A program made the position numbers and the translations under genes. Source: Clostridiales bacterium (lineage in GTDB: Bacteria; Bacillota; Clostridia; Saccharofermentanales; Saccharofermentanaceae). From it: a stretch of DNA of 64,000 nucleotides. Below are positions 49,228-59,907 of the stretch, one piece after another. Where the stretch lies: contig JAFWQC010000009.1 in the NCBI GenBank assembly GCA_017509245.1, positions 18,460-82,459 of the forward strand, read 5' to 3'. Each line of letters starts with the position of its first letter. Within the stretch, counting starts at the first letter, position 1. The notes beneath the pieces were generated by a model that saw only the letters and a list, made by a program, of their open reading frames with translations, made no database searches and was not told where the DNA came from.

Positions 49228-50853
49228 ATGGGGTTTATTGAGAAGATCAGGGGGTTATCCCGTAAGAACAGGATTATCATAATCTCGGCGCTGGCAGCTG
49301 TTGTCGTGGCAGCTGTGGTAATTATTCTTCTTTCAAGAAATAATTATCTTGCTAAGACAATGAGGCTTTTGCGTGTCGAAGGCACGGTAAATATCGAGTC
49401 TTCCACAGGCGGAACAAAGCCCGCTGCCGACAATATCAGATTCCAGTCAGGCGACGCCCTCAATACCGGTTCTGACGGTCTTGCTTCAGTAGGCCTTGAT
49501 GACACGAAAATTATCACTCTGCAAAATGACAGCCGTGCCGAATTCAAGAAGAACGGCAAACAGCTTGAATTAAACCTCACCAAGGGTGCGGTCTTCTTTA
49601 ACGTAACCGAGAAGCTCAAGCCTGAAGAGACATTTGAGATAAAGACATCCACGATGACAGCCGGTATCAGAGGAACATCCGGCATGATCTACTATGATGA
49701 GGCCGAGGGAAGGGATTCCATTATCGTTACTGACGGTTCCGTTGAAGTAACGGCAGTAAACCCGACTACAGGTGAAGTAAAGACTGCAAAGGTTGAAGGT
49801 GGTCAGAGGATAAAGGTCTATCTTTATACAGAAACGACAGAGAGCCACGACACAGTCGAATTCTTCCTTGATGAGATAACAGAAGAAGAGCTTCCTGATT
49901 TCTCCGTACAGATGATCGCTGAGAATGAAGAACTCTTGAACAGGGTCTGTGAATACACAGGCTGGGACAAAGAGACATTAAAGGAACTGGTACAGGATAT
50001 AGAAAGCGGGGAAGCGGAAGGTGAGGAGATCGAACTGACGCCTACTCCTGAACTGACGGAAGTGCCGGAAGAAACGCCTGCGCCTGACAATATAGCGGAT
50101 ATTACACCGTCTCCGACACCGACAGGCACGCCGTCACCGACGCCTGAACCGACAGCAACTACAAAGCCGGGAGCTACGGTAACACCAAGCCCTGCAGCAA
50201 CGGCAACACCCAAATTGACAAATACTCCTACTTTGACGCCGGTTCCTACGGCTACATCGACATCCACATTGACGCCGACACCTTCAAACACATCCACGCC
50301 GACAAACACGCCGACAAATACTTCGACGCCGACAAATACGCCTACACTGATCCCGGGTGGTCCGGCTCTCCCTGCGGGTTATTATCAAACTTCGTTATGG
50401 GGAGTTACATACGGCGGTTCTACCGTTTATATAGCCAAACTTAATGATTCAGGCAAAGCAAAGAGTTTCGGGCAGTCTCCTCGTCAATACAGAGGTTACG
50501 AGAATGGTCACTGGTATGACCTCATCCTTCATGATCTTGGAGATTCGAGCTATTACGAACTTGAAACTTTCAATGGAGTTTATTATTCAGATCAGTATTT
50601 GTCAGGTCCGGGCTATCCGTCTTACAGCATGGAACTTCCTTCCGGCTATGAAGAATATATTTGGGACCAAAGATACAACGGCAAGGATATATATATATGC
50701 CGTACTCCCATGAATTCTTCGTACGATTATCTTGGCTATGATGACATATGGTTTGATATTTATAATGAACAAAATGGTAATAACGAGTACTTCTATTACA
50801 CAGGCTCAGACCAGATATATTATTATGGTCCTATCCCTGTGGTGACAAATTAG
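49228..50853 (+). CDS. FecR-domain membrane-anchored protein 1, Pro/Thr stalk and two Tyr-rich repeats
   Basis: N-terminal TM; L..GAVFF...[11 protein letters not shown] FecR-like motif; TP repeats. Confidence 0.85.
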   Translation: MGFIEKIRGLSRKNRIIIISALAAVVVAAVVIILLSRNNYLAKTMRLLRVEGTVNIESSTGGTKPAADNIRFQSGDALNTGSDGLASVGLDDTKIITLQNDSRAEFKKNGKQLELNLTKGAVFFNVTEKLKPEETFEIKTSTMTAGIRGTSGMIYYDEAEGRDSIIVTDGSVEVTAVNPTTGEVKTAKVEGGQRIKVYLYTETTESHDTVEFFLDEITEEELPDFSVQMIAENEELLNRVCEYTGWDKETLKELVQDIESGEAEGEEIELTPTPELTEVPEETPAPDNIADITPSPTPTGTPSPTPEPTATTKPGATVTPSPAATATPKLTNTPTLTPVPTATSTSTLTPTPSNTSTPTNTPTNTSTPTNTPTLIPGGPALPAGYYQTSLWGVTYGGSTVYIAKLNDSGKAKSFGQSPRQYRGYENGHWYDLILHDLGDSSYYELETFNGVYYSDQYLSGPGYPSYSMELPSGYEEYIWDQRYNGKDIYICRTPMNSSYDYLGYDDIWFDIYNEQNGNNEYFYYTGSDQIYYYGPIPVVTN

Positions 50854-50968
50854 CGGTATCAGGAGAATAACAGACACTGATTTATTGATATAATTGACAA
50901 ATTCAGAAATCCTTGAAGACGTGCTAAAATATTAAGTTGCAAAAACACGATTGAGGAAGGCTGAAGTT

Positions 50969-52192
50969 ATGGGATTCTTAGATGGACTCACCTATTTGCC
51001 GCGCAAAAATAAGATAATCATTCTTGCTGCCATTGCTGTAGTTGTAGTAGCAACGGTTGTGGGATGTGTTATTTTCGCGAACACAAGATACACGGCAACA
51101 TCAATGAGACTCCTTCGAGTAGAAGGTTCAGTCAAGGTTATCGATTCCAACGGAAAGAATAAATTCGTCAAAAAGAATGCAAGATTCCAGTCGGGCGAGT
51201 CGATCACCACGCTTTCGAATGGTTTGGCTACCGTAGGACTTGATGAGGGCAAGTCAGTTACACTGCAGCCCAGGACCACGGCTTGCTTCACGAAGTTTAA
51301 CAAGCATATCGAACTCAAGCTGACCGAGGGTGCCATTTTCTTTGAAGTAACCGACAAGCTTAATGATGATGAGAACTTCTTCATTAAGACTGCAACCATG
51401 ACTGCCGATATCAAAACAGCATCAGGTTATATCTATGTCGATGAGGAGGGTCATGATTCGATCATCGTTACGGATGGAGAAGTTATCGTTACTTCCATAA
51501 ATGCTGATTCCGGTGAGACCAAATATACCAAGGTTCAGGGCGGACAGAGGATGACGGTCATCCTTTATTCCGACAGAGCTGAGGATTCGATCGTGTTTGA
51601 TTCCCAAGATATCGGAGCTGAAGAGCTTCCCGCACTGCCCCTTAAGATGATCACAGAGAATGAGGAGCTTTTAAATAAGGTTTGCGGATCTACAGGCTGG
51701 GACAAGCAAGTGCTTTTGGATATCGTAGCCGATAAACCGGTTGAGACAGAACCTGTATCGATAGAAGAACTCACACCTGTTCCCACACCGGAAGCAACGT
51801 CTGATGTATCTTCGGAGACGACTTCTGAGGAAGTGACAGAGGAGGCTACACCTACTCCGGAACCTGAATCCACTACTGAGGCCACATCCAAGCCGGCGGA
51901 TAACAAAAAGCCGACTCCGAAGCCGACATCGAAGCCTAAGGCGACGACTGCGCCTACTAAGAAGGCGACTAATACACCGACATTAACACCGACGACCACG
52001 CCTTCGAATTCGCCGACAAACACACCTACGAATACACCTACCAGCACTCCGACGAATACACCGTCAAATACACCTTCGAATACGCCTTCGAATACACCTT
52101 CGAATACACCTTCGAATACACCGAGCACGGCGCCTTCTGAGGATGATCCCAACAATACGTCCGGAGGCTCCGGAGATGAAGGAAACGGTTGA
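50969..52192 (+). CDS. FecR-domain protein 2 (divergent), Pro/Thr stalk, no distal domain
   Basis: Homologous N-terminal domain (TATMTADIKTA); TPSN repeats run almost to the C-terminus. Confidence 0.85.
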   Translation: MGFLDGLTYLPRKNKIIILAAIAVVVVATVVGCVIFANTRYTATSMRLLRVEGSVKVIDSNGKNKFVKKNARFQSGESITTLSNGLATVGLDEGKSVTLQPRTTACFTKFNKHIELKLTEGAIFFEVTDKLNDDENFFIKTATMTADIKTASGYIYVDEEGHDSIIVTDGEVIVTSINADSGETKYTKVQGGQRMTVILYSDRAEDSIVFDSQDIGAEELPALPLKMITENEELLNKVCGSTGWDKQVLLDIVADKPVETEPVSIEELTPVPTPEATSDVSSETTSEEVTEEATPTPEPESTTEATSKPADNKKPTPKPTSKPKATTAPTKKATNTPTLTPTTTPSNSPTNTPTNTPTSTPTNTPSNTPSNTPSNTPSNTPSNTPSTAPSEDDPNNTSGGSGDEGNG

Positions 52193-52273
52193 TGCCTTGA
52201 TCGCAAGGCTTAAAAACGGCTGCCTGATTTGATATAATAAAATAGTTGATTCAGAAGTTATAAGGCAGAAGTT

Positions 52274-53683
52274 ATGAGTTTATTCGACAAGATCAAGAAT
52301 TTAACCCGAAGAAATAAGATAATCGTAACTGTTATAGCGGCGGCTGTTGTTACAGCCGTCGTTATTTGTATATTGCTGGCACGGAAAGGGTATCTGGCAA
52401 CGACCATGAGACTCCTCCACGTAGAGGGAACGGTTAACATCGAAGACGCCGGTGGCGGCAGCAAGCCTGCTTCCGGAAACATCAGATTCCAGTCAGGAGA
52501 TGCCCTCAATACAGGTGCTGACGGTCTGGCATCCGTAGGTCTTGATGATTCCAAGATAGTTACGCTCCAGAACAACAGCAGGGCCGAATTCACAAAGAAC
52601 GGAAAGAAACTCGAACTTAAGCTCACAAAGGGTGCGGTCTTCTTCAACGTAACGGAAAAACTCAAGCCCGATGAGACCTTTGAGATAAAGACATCCACAA
52701 TGACTGCCGGTATCAGAGGCACATCAGGCATGATCTATTACGATGAGACTGAGGGAAGGGATTCCATTATCGTTACTGACGGTACCGTTGAGGTAACCGC
52801 GGTCAACCCGACTACCGGTGAAGTTAAGCATGCCAAGGTGGAAGGCGGACAGAGGATCAAGGTCTATCTTTATAATGAGAATACCGAGAATCACGATTCC
52901 GTAGAATTCTATCTTGATGAGATAACAGAAAAAGAACTTCCTGATTTCTCCGTTCAGATGATCGCAGAGAATGAGGATCTCTTAAACAGGGTCTGTGAAT
53001 ACACCGGTTGGGATAAAGAGACATTGAAAGAACTTGTTAAAGATATTGTCAGCGGAGAGGCTGAGGGTGAAGAGATCGAACTGACTCCGACTCCGGAACC
53101 TCTTGATACACCGACACCTTCACCGGCACCGTCTGTGACACCGGCACCGCCGTCGATTTCACCGACACCGTTTGTGACGCCGGCACCGCCTGCTGACCCG
53201 CCGCTTGATGTGCCTGAGGCACCGGCCAATCCGACGAATACGCCTACTAACACGCCGACGAATACGCCGACTGTGACGTCATCGCCGACATCCACAATTA
53301 CGAATACGCCTACTAACACGCCGACCATTACGCCTACTAACACATCGACGAACACACCGACCACTACGCCGTCGGACATGCTGACCATTACGCCGACGAA
53401 TACATCTACTAACACGCCGACTAATACGCCGACAGAAGTCCCGTCGACCACACCGGGTCCTGAGATCCCGTCCGGAGCCTGGGAATATGTATCTGTTCCT
53501 GAGAAGGGAATCTACATTTGCATGAGTCAGTCAAGCGGCGGTTCAGACCGTTATTACGGATATATCGGCGATACATGGGAGTATCTGCGCACTGAGAACG
53601 ATACCGGTGCCGGAGTCAGGAAGTTCTATTATACTGATGACGGCGGAAATGTTATCGTGTACTATACGGAACCGCTGAATTAA
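52274..53683 (+). CDS. FecR-domain protein 3, Pro/Thr stalk and one Tyr-rich repeat
   Basis: FecR region nearly identical to proteins 1 and 4. Confidence 0.85.
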   Translation: MSLFDKIKNLTRRNKIIVTVIAAAVVTAVVICILLARKGYLATTMRLLHVEGTVNIEDAGGGSKPASGNIRFQSGDALNTGADGLASVGLDDSKIVTLQNNSRAEFTKNGKKLELKLTKGAVFFNVTEKLKPDETFEIKTSTMTAGIRGTSGMIYYDETEGRDSIIVTDGTVEVTAVNPTTGEVKHAKVEGGQRIKVYLYNENTENHDSVEFYLDEITEKELPDFSVQMIAENEDLLNRVCEYTGWDKETLKELVKDIVSGEAEGEEIELTPTPEPLDTPTPSPAPSVTPAPPSISPTPFVTPAPPADPPLDVPEAPANPTNTPTNTPTNTPTVTSSPTSTITNTPTNTPTITPTNTSTNTPTTTPSDMLTITPTNTSTNTPTNTPTEVPSTTPGPEIPSGAWEYVSVPEKGIYICMSQSSGGSDRYYGYIGDTWEYLRTENDTGAGVRKFYYTDDGGNVIVYYTEPLN

Positions 53684-53831
53684 ACTGCGGATGAGAGGAA
53701 CTGACAGCAGAAGAAATCAACAGCTGATATTATGGGGAGCTTTGCATTTCAGGTGAGCAAAAAACGGCTGTAATGCAATTAAATTTAGGATAGTCAATAT
53801 TTTTGGGTTATACATCAAGGGAGGGTGTTGT

Positions 53832-55439
53832 ATGAGCTTTATTGACAAACTAAAGAAGATGTCCTTAAAGAGCAAGATTATCTGCGGAGCGGCCGCTGTG
53901 GCTGTTATTGCAATTGCAGTTGTCTGCATCGTTCTCGGCAGAAACGGTTATCTGGCTTCTACAATGAGGCTGCTCCGCGTTGAAGGAACAGTCAGTATTG
54001 AGGATTCTTCCGGCGGTACCAAACCTGTTACCAATAACATCAGGTTCCAGTCAGGTGATGCTTTGAATACCGGTGAGGACGGCCTTGCTTCAGTAGGACT
54101 TGATGATACAAAGATCGTCACCCTTCAGAACAGCAGCCGTGCTGAATTCAAGAAGAACGGCAAACAGCTTGAGCTTAAGCTCACAAAGGGCGCCGTATTC
54201 TTCAACGTAACTGAGAAGCTCAAGCCTGATGAGACATTCGAGATAAAGACATCTACAATGACTGCCGGCATCAGAGGCACATCAGGCATCATCTATTACG
54301 ATGAGGAAGCACAGAGGGATTCACTTATCGTAACTGACGGTATGGTTGAAGTCACGGCTGTTAATCCGGAGACGGGCGAAGTTAAGCATGCAAAGGTTGA
54401 AGGCGGTCAGAGGATCAAGGTCTACCTGTATTCTGACAGTGACGATTCCCATGACAGCGTCGAGTTCTATCTTGATGAAGTAACTGAAGAAGAACTCACT
54501 GATTTTACACTTCAGAATATCGTTGAGAACAAGGAGCTCATGAACAGGGTCTGTGAATACACGGGCTGGGATGAAGAGAAGCTCAAAGAACTCGTCAGCA
54601 GTATTACGAGCGGCGAGGTGGAAGGACAGGAGATCGAACTGACACCTACTCCCGAACCGACAGAAGAAGGTGAAGATACACCGACGCCTCCGCCTGCCAA
54701 CATAGCGGACGAGACGCCGACACCGCCTGCGACACCTCCTGCAACGGGAACTCCGGTTGCCACACCGAAGCCGACTGTTTCCGCAACACCTACAACTAAG
54801 CCGACATCAACTCCGGCAGGAACGGCTACGCCGTCACCTCTGCCTACAGCACCTCTGACGTTGACTTCATCACCGTCGCCGACAGATGCTGTTGAATACG
54901 AATATGAGTACATCGTTAGGAATAAGACTTTCAATGGCGGCACTGTTACCATACGTGCACACATCGAAAATGAAAAGCCGGTATATGAAGGCCTGCTTTC
55001 GAACGGTAATTGGGATAAACTCACTTATGAAGAATCCGAAGAAGGAAACTTTACGATCTACAGATACTATTCTACAACCGGTTCTGTATATTACGAGTAC
55101 AGTGTTGAGAAGGAACAGCCGATTATTACTACCCATCAATCCGATATGACCGTAGGAACTGAGCCTGAACCCCCGTCAGGGTATTCGAAGACCTCCTGGT
55201 GCTGGGATAAGCGCAATGATTACTTTGACCATATCTTTATTTGTCAGAGTAATTCGGCAGACGGCGGCCTTAAAGGATATATAGACGGAAGAGGATGGGT
55301 CGATCTTACCGGAAAGAGAGTTGAAAACATAAACTATGCCGGATTAATGATCAATTACTATTATGATGGGGACAAATTCTATTACCATCGAGAGACTCCG
55401 TCTACTGAATTGTATGATTACGAATGGACACAAACATGA
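53832..55439 (+). CDS. FecR-domain protein 4, Pro/Thr stalk and two Tyr-rich repeats
   Basis: FecR region nearly identical to proteins 1 and 3; stop codon overlaps the cyclase start (ATGA). Confidence 0.85.
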   Translation: MSFIDKLKKMSLKSKIICGAAAVAVIAIAVVCIVLGRNGYLASTMRLLRVEGTVSIEDSSGGTKPVTNNIRFQSGDALNTGEDGLASVGLDDTKIVTLQNSSRAEFKKNGKQLELKLTKGAVFFNVTEKLKPDETFEIKTSTMTAGIRGTSGIIYYDEEAQRDSLIVTDGMVEVTAVNPETGEVKHAKVEGGQRIKVYLYSDSDDSHDSVEFYLDEVTEEELTDFTLQNIVENKELMNRVCEYTGWDEEKLKELVSSITSGEVEGQEIELTPTPEPTEEGEDTPTPPPANIADETPTPPATPPATGTPVATPKPTVSATPTTKPTSTPAGTATPSPLPTAPLTLTSSPSPTDAVEYEYEYIVRNKTFNGGTVTIRAHIENEKPVYEGLLSNGNWDKLTYEESEEGNFTIYRYYSTTGSVYYEYSVEKEQPIITTHQSDMTVGTEPEPPSGYSKTSWCWDKRNDYFDHIFICQSNSADGGLKGYIDGRGWVDLTGKRVENINYAGLMINYYYDGDKFYYHRETPSTELYDYEWTQT

Positions 55440-57229
55440 AAAAACGGACGAGAGAAATATTAATCGCATTATCCTGGGCACTTGTTATCACGGTGCTCTG
55501 CGGTCTGGGTGTTTTCAGAAGTCCTGAATTATGGCTTGAAGACACTTTATACCAGCAGCCTGTATATGTGCCCGGCGACATTATCGTAATCGGTATCACC
55601 GATGAGGATTTTGATGAGTTCGGTCCTTATTATTCCTGGGACAGAACTGTTTATGCCAGGGTTCTTGAAGCGCTTGCATCTGACCCTGATAATAAGCCGG
55701 CAGTAGTCGTAATGGACGTTCTTTTCGATGGCGAGACAGATAAAGAAAAAGATTCCAGACTCGCATCTGCGGCGGGGGAACTCAATGTAGTTGTCGCTAC
55801 CGAGGCAAAGATCGGCACCGAGAGGATTTTCGGAACCGCATCAACGATATATGAAGATGACTATGCGGTACTGGATTACATAGAGCCGTTTGATGAACTG
55901 AAGAATGCTACAACACAGGGCTTCATGAACACGATGTATGACGAGGACGGAGTTATCCGCCATTCGGCTCTGTATCTCGAACCCGGCGGCAATCGCGTTT
56001 ACTCGATGCCTTATGTGGGGGCAAAGCTTTATGCTCAGCAGCAGGGCTTTGATATTGAGATGCCTCCGACGGACGCAAGAGGCTGGTTCTATGTGCCTTT
56101 CTCTGCCCAGCCCGGTGATTTCTATGATGATATTTCCTTAAGTGATGTTATCAACGGTGAATTCAAACCGGAGTTTTTTGCAGACAAACTCGTCGTTATC
56201 GGACCTTATGCTTCCGGTCTACAGGACGCTTTCATCACTGCGATCGACAGAGGACGCATGATGTATGGTGTTGAATATCATGCAAATGTCATGCAGTGCC
56301 TTTTGGACGGCAGATATAAGAGGGAAGCTTCAGACTTTCTTCAGCTGGCGATACTCTTCGTTATCTGCTTTGCTTTCTTCTATTTCTGCAGCAATAGAAA
56401 ACTCCGCGTTGTCGTACCTGCATTTGCAGTATTGGCAGGTCTTGCAATAGGTGCAGCCATGCTGATCTACGAGGCCGGATACATCATTCATGCACTGTGG
56501 ATACCTGTAGGTCTCCTAATCCTGTTTGTCGTATGTGTGGCAAGAAATTACATCAACGCTGCCATCGCAAAGCAGAACGTCACAAGGACATTCGAGAGAT
56601 ATGTTGCGCCGAATATCGTCGGCGAGATATTGAAGGAAGGTACGGATGCGCTGAAGCTTGGCGGCAAGACTGTCGATATCGCAGTTCTTTTCGTTGATGT
56701 CAGAGGCTTCACTACGATGTCGGAGAGACTGTCTCCTGAGGTTGTCGTCAAGATCCTCAACAGATATCTTACGATGGCAAGCGCATGCGTTGATGACACC
56801 AAGGGTACTGTCGACAAGTTCGTCGGCGACGCCATGATGGCCTTCTGGGGTGCACCCATCGATGACGATGATCCGGTTTACCATGCAGCAGTCACGGCTC
56901 TCGGTATTGTCGAGGGCGCGAAAAAGATTTCTGCCGAGTTAAAGGAAGAGATCGGCGAAGAGCTCAACGTCGGTGTCGGTATCAACTACGGACCGGCTGT
57001 CGTCGGCAATATGGGCTCTGAAAAAAGAATGGACTACACTGCCATCGGCGATACGGTCAACACGTCGGCAAGACTTGAGGCCAATGCGCCCGGCGGCACT
57101 GTATATATCAGCCGTTCCTGCGCTGACAGACTTGAGGGAAGAATGAAGTTCGAACCTCTGGATCACCCGATCAAGCTCAAGGGTAAGGCTGACGGATTTG
57201 AAATATTGAAACTGATCGGACCAGTATAA
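55436..57229 (+). CDS. CHASE2-domain class III adenylate cyclase
   Basis: CHASE2 motifs (WDR, DVLF, DEDGVIR, GVEYHAN), three TMs, then FVDVRGFT, DKFVGD and YTAIGDTVNTSARLE. Confidence 0.93.
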   Translation: MKKRTREILIALSWALVITVLCGLGVFRSPELWLEDTLYQQPVYVPGDIIVIGITDEDFDEFGPYYSWDRTVYARVLEALASDPDNKPAVVVMDVLFDGETDKEKDSRLASAAGELNVVVATEAKIGTERIFGTASTIYEDDYAVLDYIEPFDELKNATTQGFMNTMYDEDGVIRHSALYLEPGGNRVYSMPYVGAKLYAQQQGFDIEMPPTDARGWFYVPFSAQPGDFYDDISLSDVINGEFKPEFFADKLVVIGPYASGLQDAFITAIDRGRMMYGVEYHANVMQCLLDGRYKREASDFLQLAILFVICFAFFYFCSNRKLRVVVPAFAVLAGLAIGAAMLIYEAGYIIHALWIPVGLLILFVVCVARNYINAAIAKQNVTRTFERYVAPNIVGEILKEGTDALKLGGKTVDIAVLFVDVRGFTTMSERLSPEVVVKILNRYLTMASACVDDTKGTVDKFVGDAMMAFWGAPIDDDDPVYHAAVTALGIVEGAKKISAELKEEIGEELNVGVGINYGPAVVGNMGSEKRMDYTAIGDTVNTSARLEANAPGGTVYISRSCADRLEGRMKFEPLDHPIKLKGKADGFEILKLIGPV

Positions 57230-57237
57230 TAATATAT

Positions 57238-57286
57238 TGATGGGGTCAGACCCCATCAGGCATTTTTGACGGGGTCAACCCCCTCA
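57238..57286. repeat. Pair of GGGGTCA-type palindromes
   Basis: TGATGGGGTC-A-GACCCCATCA and the imperfect TGACGGGGTCAACCCCCTCA. Confidence 0.7.
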
Positions 57287-57301
57287 AAAAAGGAGGAATA
57301 A

Positions 57302-59014
57302 ATGATGCTGAAATTTCTCGGCAGAGGTTCTGCGTTTACGGACGAGCATAACAGCGCATATTTCATAAGAAATGATGAGCTGGTCCTGATCGACTGTCCG
57401 ATGAGTGCCTTCATGAGACTCAACGACAGGAATATGGCCTTGTTCGATCATGTATATGTGCTTGTAACTCATACCCACGGAGACCATGTCGGCGGAATCG
57501 GAATGCTCATTGACCTTTTAGAGTTTACCGTTAAGACTCCGATTACGATCGTTGCACCTTCCAAAGATGTTGAAGCAGATCTTTTCTACCTGATATCAAG
57601 GATCGAAGGATGCAGTTCATCCTGGTATGAACTGATCTCGGTCGAAGACCTTGAGAAAGACTGGTTCGTCTGTTCGATACCGACTTCCCACACTGAAGAA
57701 CTTGCAGGCAAATGCTTCGGCTATTGTCTTAACATAGACGGCAAAAATGTTGTTTACACGGGTGATACGAATACCCTGATACCTTATGAAAAGTATCTCA
57801 AAAAAGACACCTTTTTCTATTGCGAGATGTCTGCTTACAAATCACCCGTACACCTTTACTGCACCGATATGGTGGATAAGATCAAGGAACTTGTTGATTC
57901 CGGTATTCATGTTTACCTCATGCATATGGATGATGAGAAGAGGATACTTCAGGTCATGGAGAATACCGGCGCGGAGTTTGCACCGCTTGAACTTGAAGGA
58001 GCTACTATGGAAGATAACGGAAGAATGCTGAGCGGTATTTTCGATATCACGAACAGCCTTTACAGAGACATGTGCATGAACGACAGCAAGGACCATAATC
58101 TTCTGTTCTCGTATCTTACCGGTCTTTCCAAGACTATCGTCGATGCCGACAGGGCAAGCTTCTGGAAGTGGGACAAGAGAAAGGGCGAGATCTGGACAAT
58201 GTCTGCCACGGGCGTTGACAAGATCGTCATTCCCGATGACACGGGGCTTGTAGGAAAAGCATTAAGGCTTAAGAAGACCATCATTACCAACGATCCTTAT
58301 AACGATCCTGACTTCAACCACGAGATCGACATTCAGACAGGATATAAGACAAAGTCCATCCTGGTCCTTCCCGTTGCGGATGTGAACGGAAACTTCATCG
58401 GTGCTCTGCAGCTTATCAACAAGAATGATGAGCACGGATTTGATGATGAGACTGATCCCAAGAAACTCTCTCTTGCAGCTCTCGTCTGCGGCATCGCACT
58501 GGAGTCCGAGACATTCCTTGAGGACTCGCACCATGACAAGCTCACGGGCCTTAAGAACAGAATGGGTTTCTACTATGATTTCAACAACAGATACAAGGAT
58601 TACATGATCCCGGCATCCGGCAAGACGCTGTCATTATTCATCTGCGATATCGATAAGTTTAAAAATGTCAACGATACCTACGGCCACAATGCCGGTGATG
58701 ATGTCCTTAAGTTTACTGCAGGCCTTCTCGAATCTTTCTGCGATGAGAAGGGCGGTGTCTACAGATGGGGTGGTGAGGAGTTCGTCATGGTAATGCGTGA
58801 CACTGATCTTGATGGCGCCGTTAAGAAGGCTGAAGAGATCAGGTTAAAGCTCATGGATTCCGACATCGAAGCTGACGGAAATACTATAAGATGCACGATG
58901 AGTTTCGGATGTGCTCTTTTCGATCCCGCCAAAGCGATCGAGGAAAATGTGAGCGTTGCTGATGAGAAGCTCTATAATGCAAAAGAGACCGGAAGAAATA
59001 GAGTCTGCCGGTAA
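57302..59014 (+). CDS. Metallo-beta-lactamase-fold hydrolase + GAF + GGDEF fusion protein
   Basis: THTHGDH and YTGDT (MBL); TGYKTKSILVLP...QLINK (GAF); DIDKFK...RWGGEEF (GGDEF). Confidence 0.9.
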   Translation: MMLKFLGRGSAFTDEHNSAYFIRNDELVLIDCPMSAFMRLNDRNMALFDHVYVLVTHTHGDHVGGIGMLIDLLEFTVKTPITIVAPSKDVEADLFYLISRIEGCSSSWYELISVEDLEKDWFVCSIPTSHTEELAGKCFGYCLNIDGKNVVYTGDTNTLIPYEKYLKKDTFFYCEMSAYKSPVHLYCTDMVDKIKELVDSGIHVYLMHMDDEKRILQVMENTGAEFAPLELEGATMEDNGRMLSGIFDITNSLYRDMCMNDSKDHNLLFSYLTGLSKTIVDADRASFWKWDKRKGEIWTMSATGVDKIVIPDDTGLVGKALRLKKTIITNDPYNDPDFNHEIDIQTGYKTKSILVLPVADVNGNFIGALQLINKNDEHGFDDETDPKKLSLAALVCGIALESETFLEDSHHDKLTGLKNRMGFYYDFNNRYKDYMIPASGKTLSLFICDIDKFKNVNDTYGHNAGDDVLKFTAGLLESFCDEKGGVYRWGGEEFVMVMRDTDLDGAVKKAEEIRLKLMDSDIEADGNTIRCTMSFGCALFDPAKAIEENVSVADEKLYNAKETGRNRVCR

Positions 59015-59134
59015 CAGGCAATAGTTGTTGTAAAACATATTTTATTACTGTATTATTGTATTTATCGGGAACCTGTGCGCGGTAGCACAGGTTTTTTCGA
59101 AGAAATAAGGGTAGAGATATATAAGGAGGTTACT

Positions 59135-59890
59135 ATGGATACTTGTAAGGCATGTGGAACTATTCTTCCCTTCAGTGGAATGAAATGCCCCAGGTGTGGT
59201 TATTCAAAAGATGAAGCCGGCGCTGCCGGCGGAGATGCATCTGCCACAATCAAACCGTTCAATACGGAAAAGCACGTATTGATCATGAACCTTACTAAGC
59301 TCAGAGATCTTCTGGGCGAGAATGAAGAGCTTGAGACTATGATCAAGCCGCAGAGCGAATTCCCGTCATCGGATGAAAAGATCTATAAGAAGAGATCGCT
59401 CATGAGATTCTTCTGGCCGTTTTTGGTCGGCGGAATCGGCGCAGGTTTTCTCATTTATTGCATCTCGCTGTTTATCATGTTCTCATCAATGGTAGATGCA
59501 AGCTCGAGGGACCACATTTCTTCACAGGAAGCTCAGACACTTGTGAACAATGCTATGGGTGACATTTACGGCGGCTTTATTGTTGCCGTAATCGTAGCTG
59601 TTGCAATCATCATAATCGGTGTGAAGATCTCCAGAAGAAAAAGAGATGACATTAACAGCAATGCAGACATGATGAACCGCATTGCTGCCGAGAGATACCA
59701 GATGGGCCTTAAGAACGAGAAGCTGATAGATCTCTATCAGAGCAATCTCGGCAACATCAAGAGATATGAAAACCTCGTTCCTCCGGAATACCGCACGAGC
59801 CGCAAGGTTAACCTAATCATTGAATGCCTTAAAGAAGACAAGGCAACTACTGTTGAAGAAGCTATAGCTCAGATCGGCGCGGTAGAGTAA
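59135..59890 (+). CDS. Zinc-ribbon membrane protein
   Basis: CKAC...CPRC, two TMs, AAGGAGG RBS. Confidence 0.7.
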   Translation: MDTCKACGTILPFSGMKCPRCGYSKDEAGAAGGDASATIKPFNTEKHVLIMNLTKLRDLLGENEELETMIKPQSEFPSSDEKIYKKRSLMRFFWPFLVGGIGAGFLIYCISLFIMFSSMVDASSRDHISSQEAQTLVNNAMGDIYGGFIVAVIVAVAIIIIGVKISRRKRDDINSNADMMNRIAAERYQMGLKNEKLIDLYQSNLGNIKRYENLVPPEYRTSRKVNLIIECLKEDKATTVEEAIAQIGAVE

Positions 59891-59907
59891 AAGATCAGAC
59901 TTTTAAG

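Noticed and set aside
49824-55024. Gly/Val-rich minus-strand ORFs (for example 49824-50309, 51565-52206, 52954-53451, 54512-55024)
   Set aside because: These are antisense shadows of the Pro/Thr repeat coding sequence
49228-55439. Diversity-generating retroelement or shufflon acting on the variable FecR C-termini
   Set aside because: No reverse transcriptase, recombinase, TR/VR pair with adenine-specific differences, or inverted cassettes are visible
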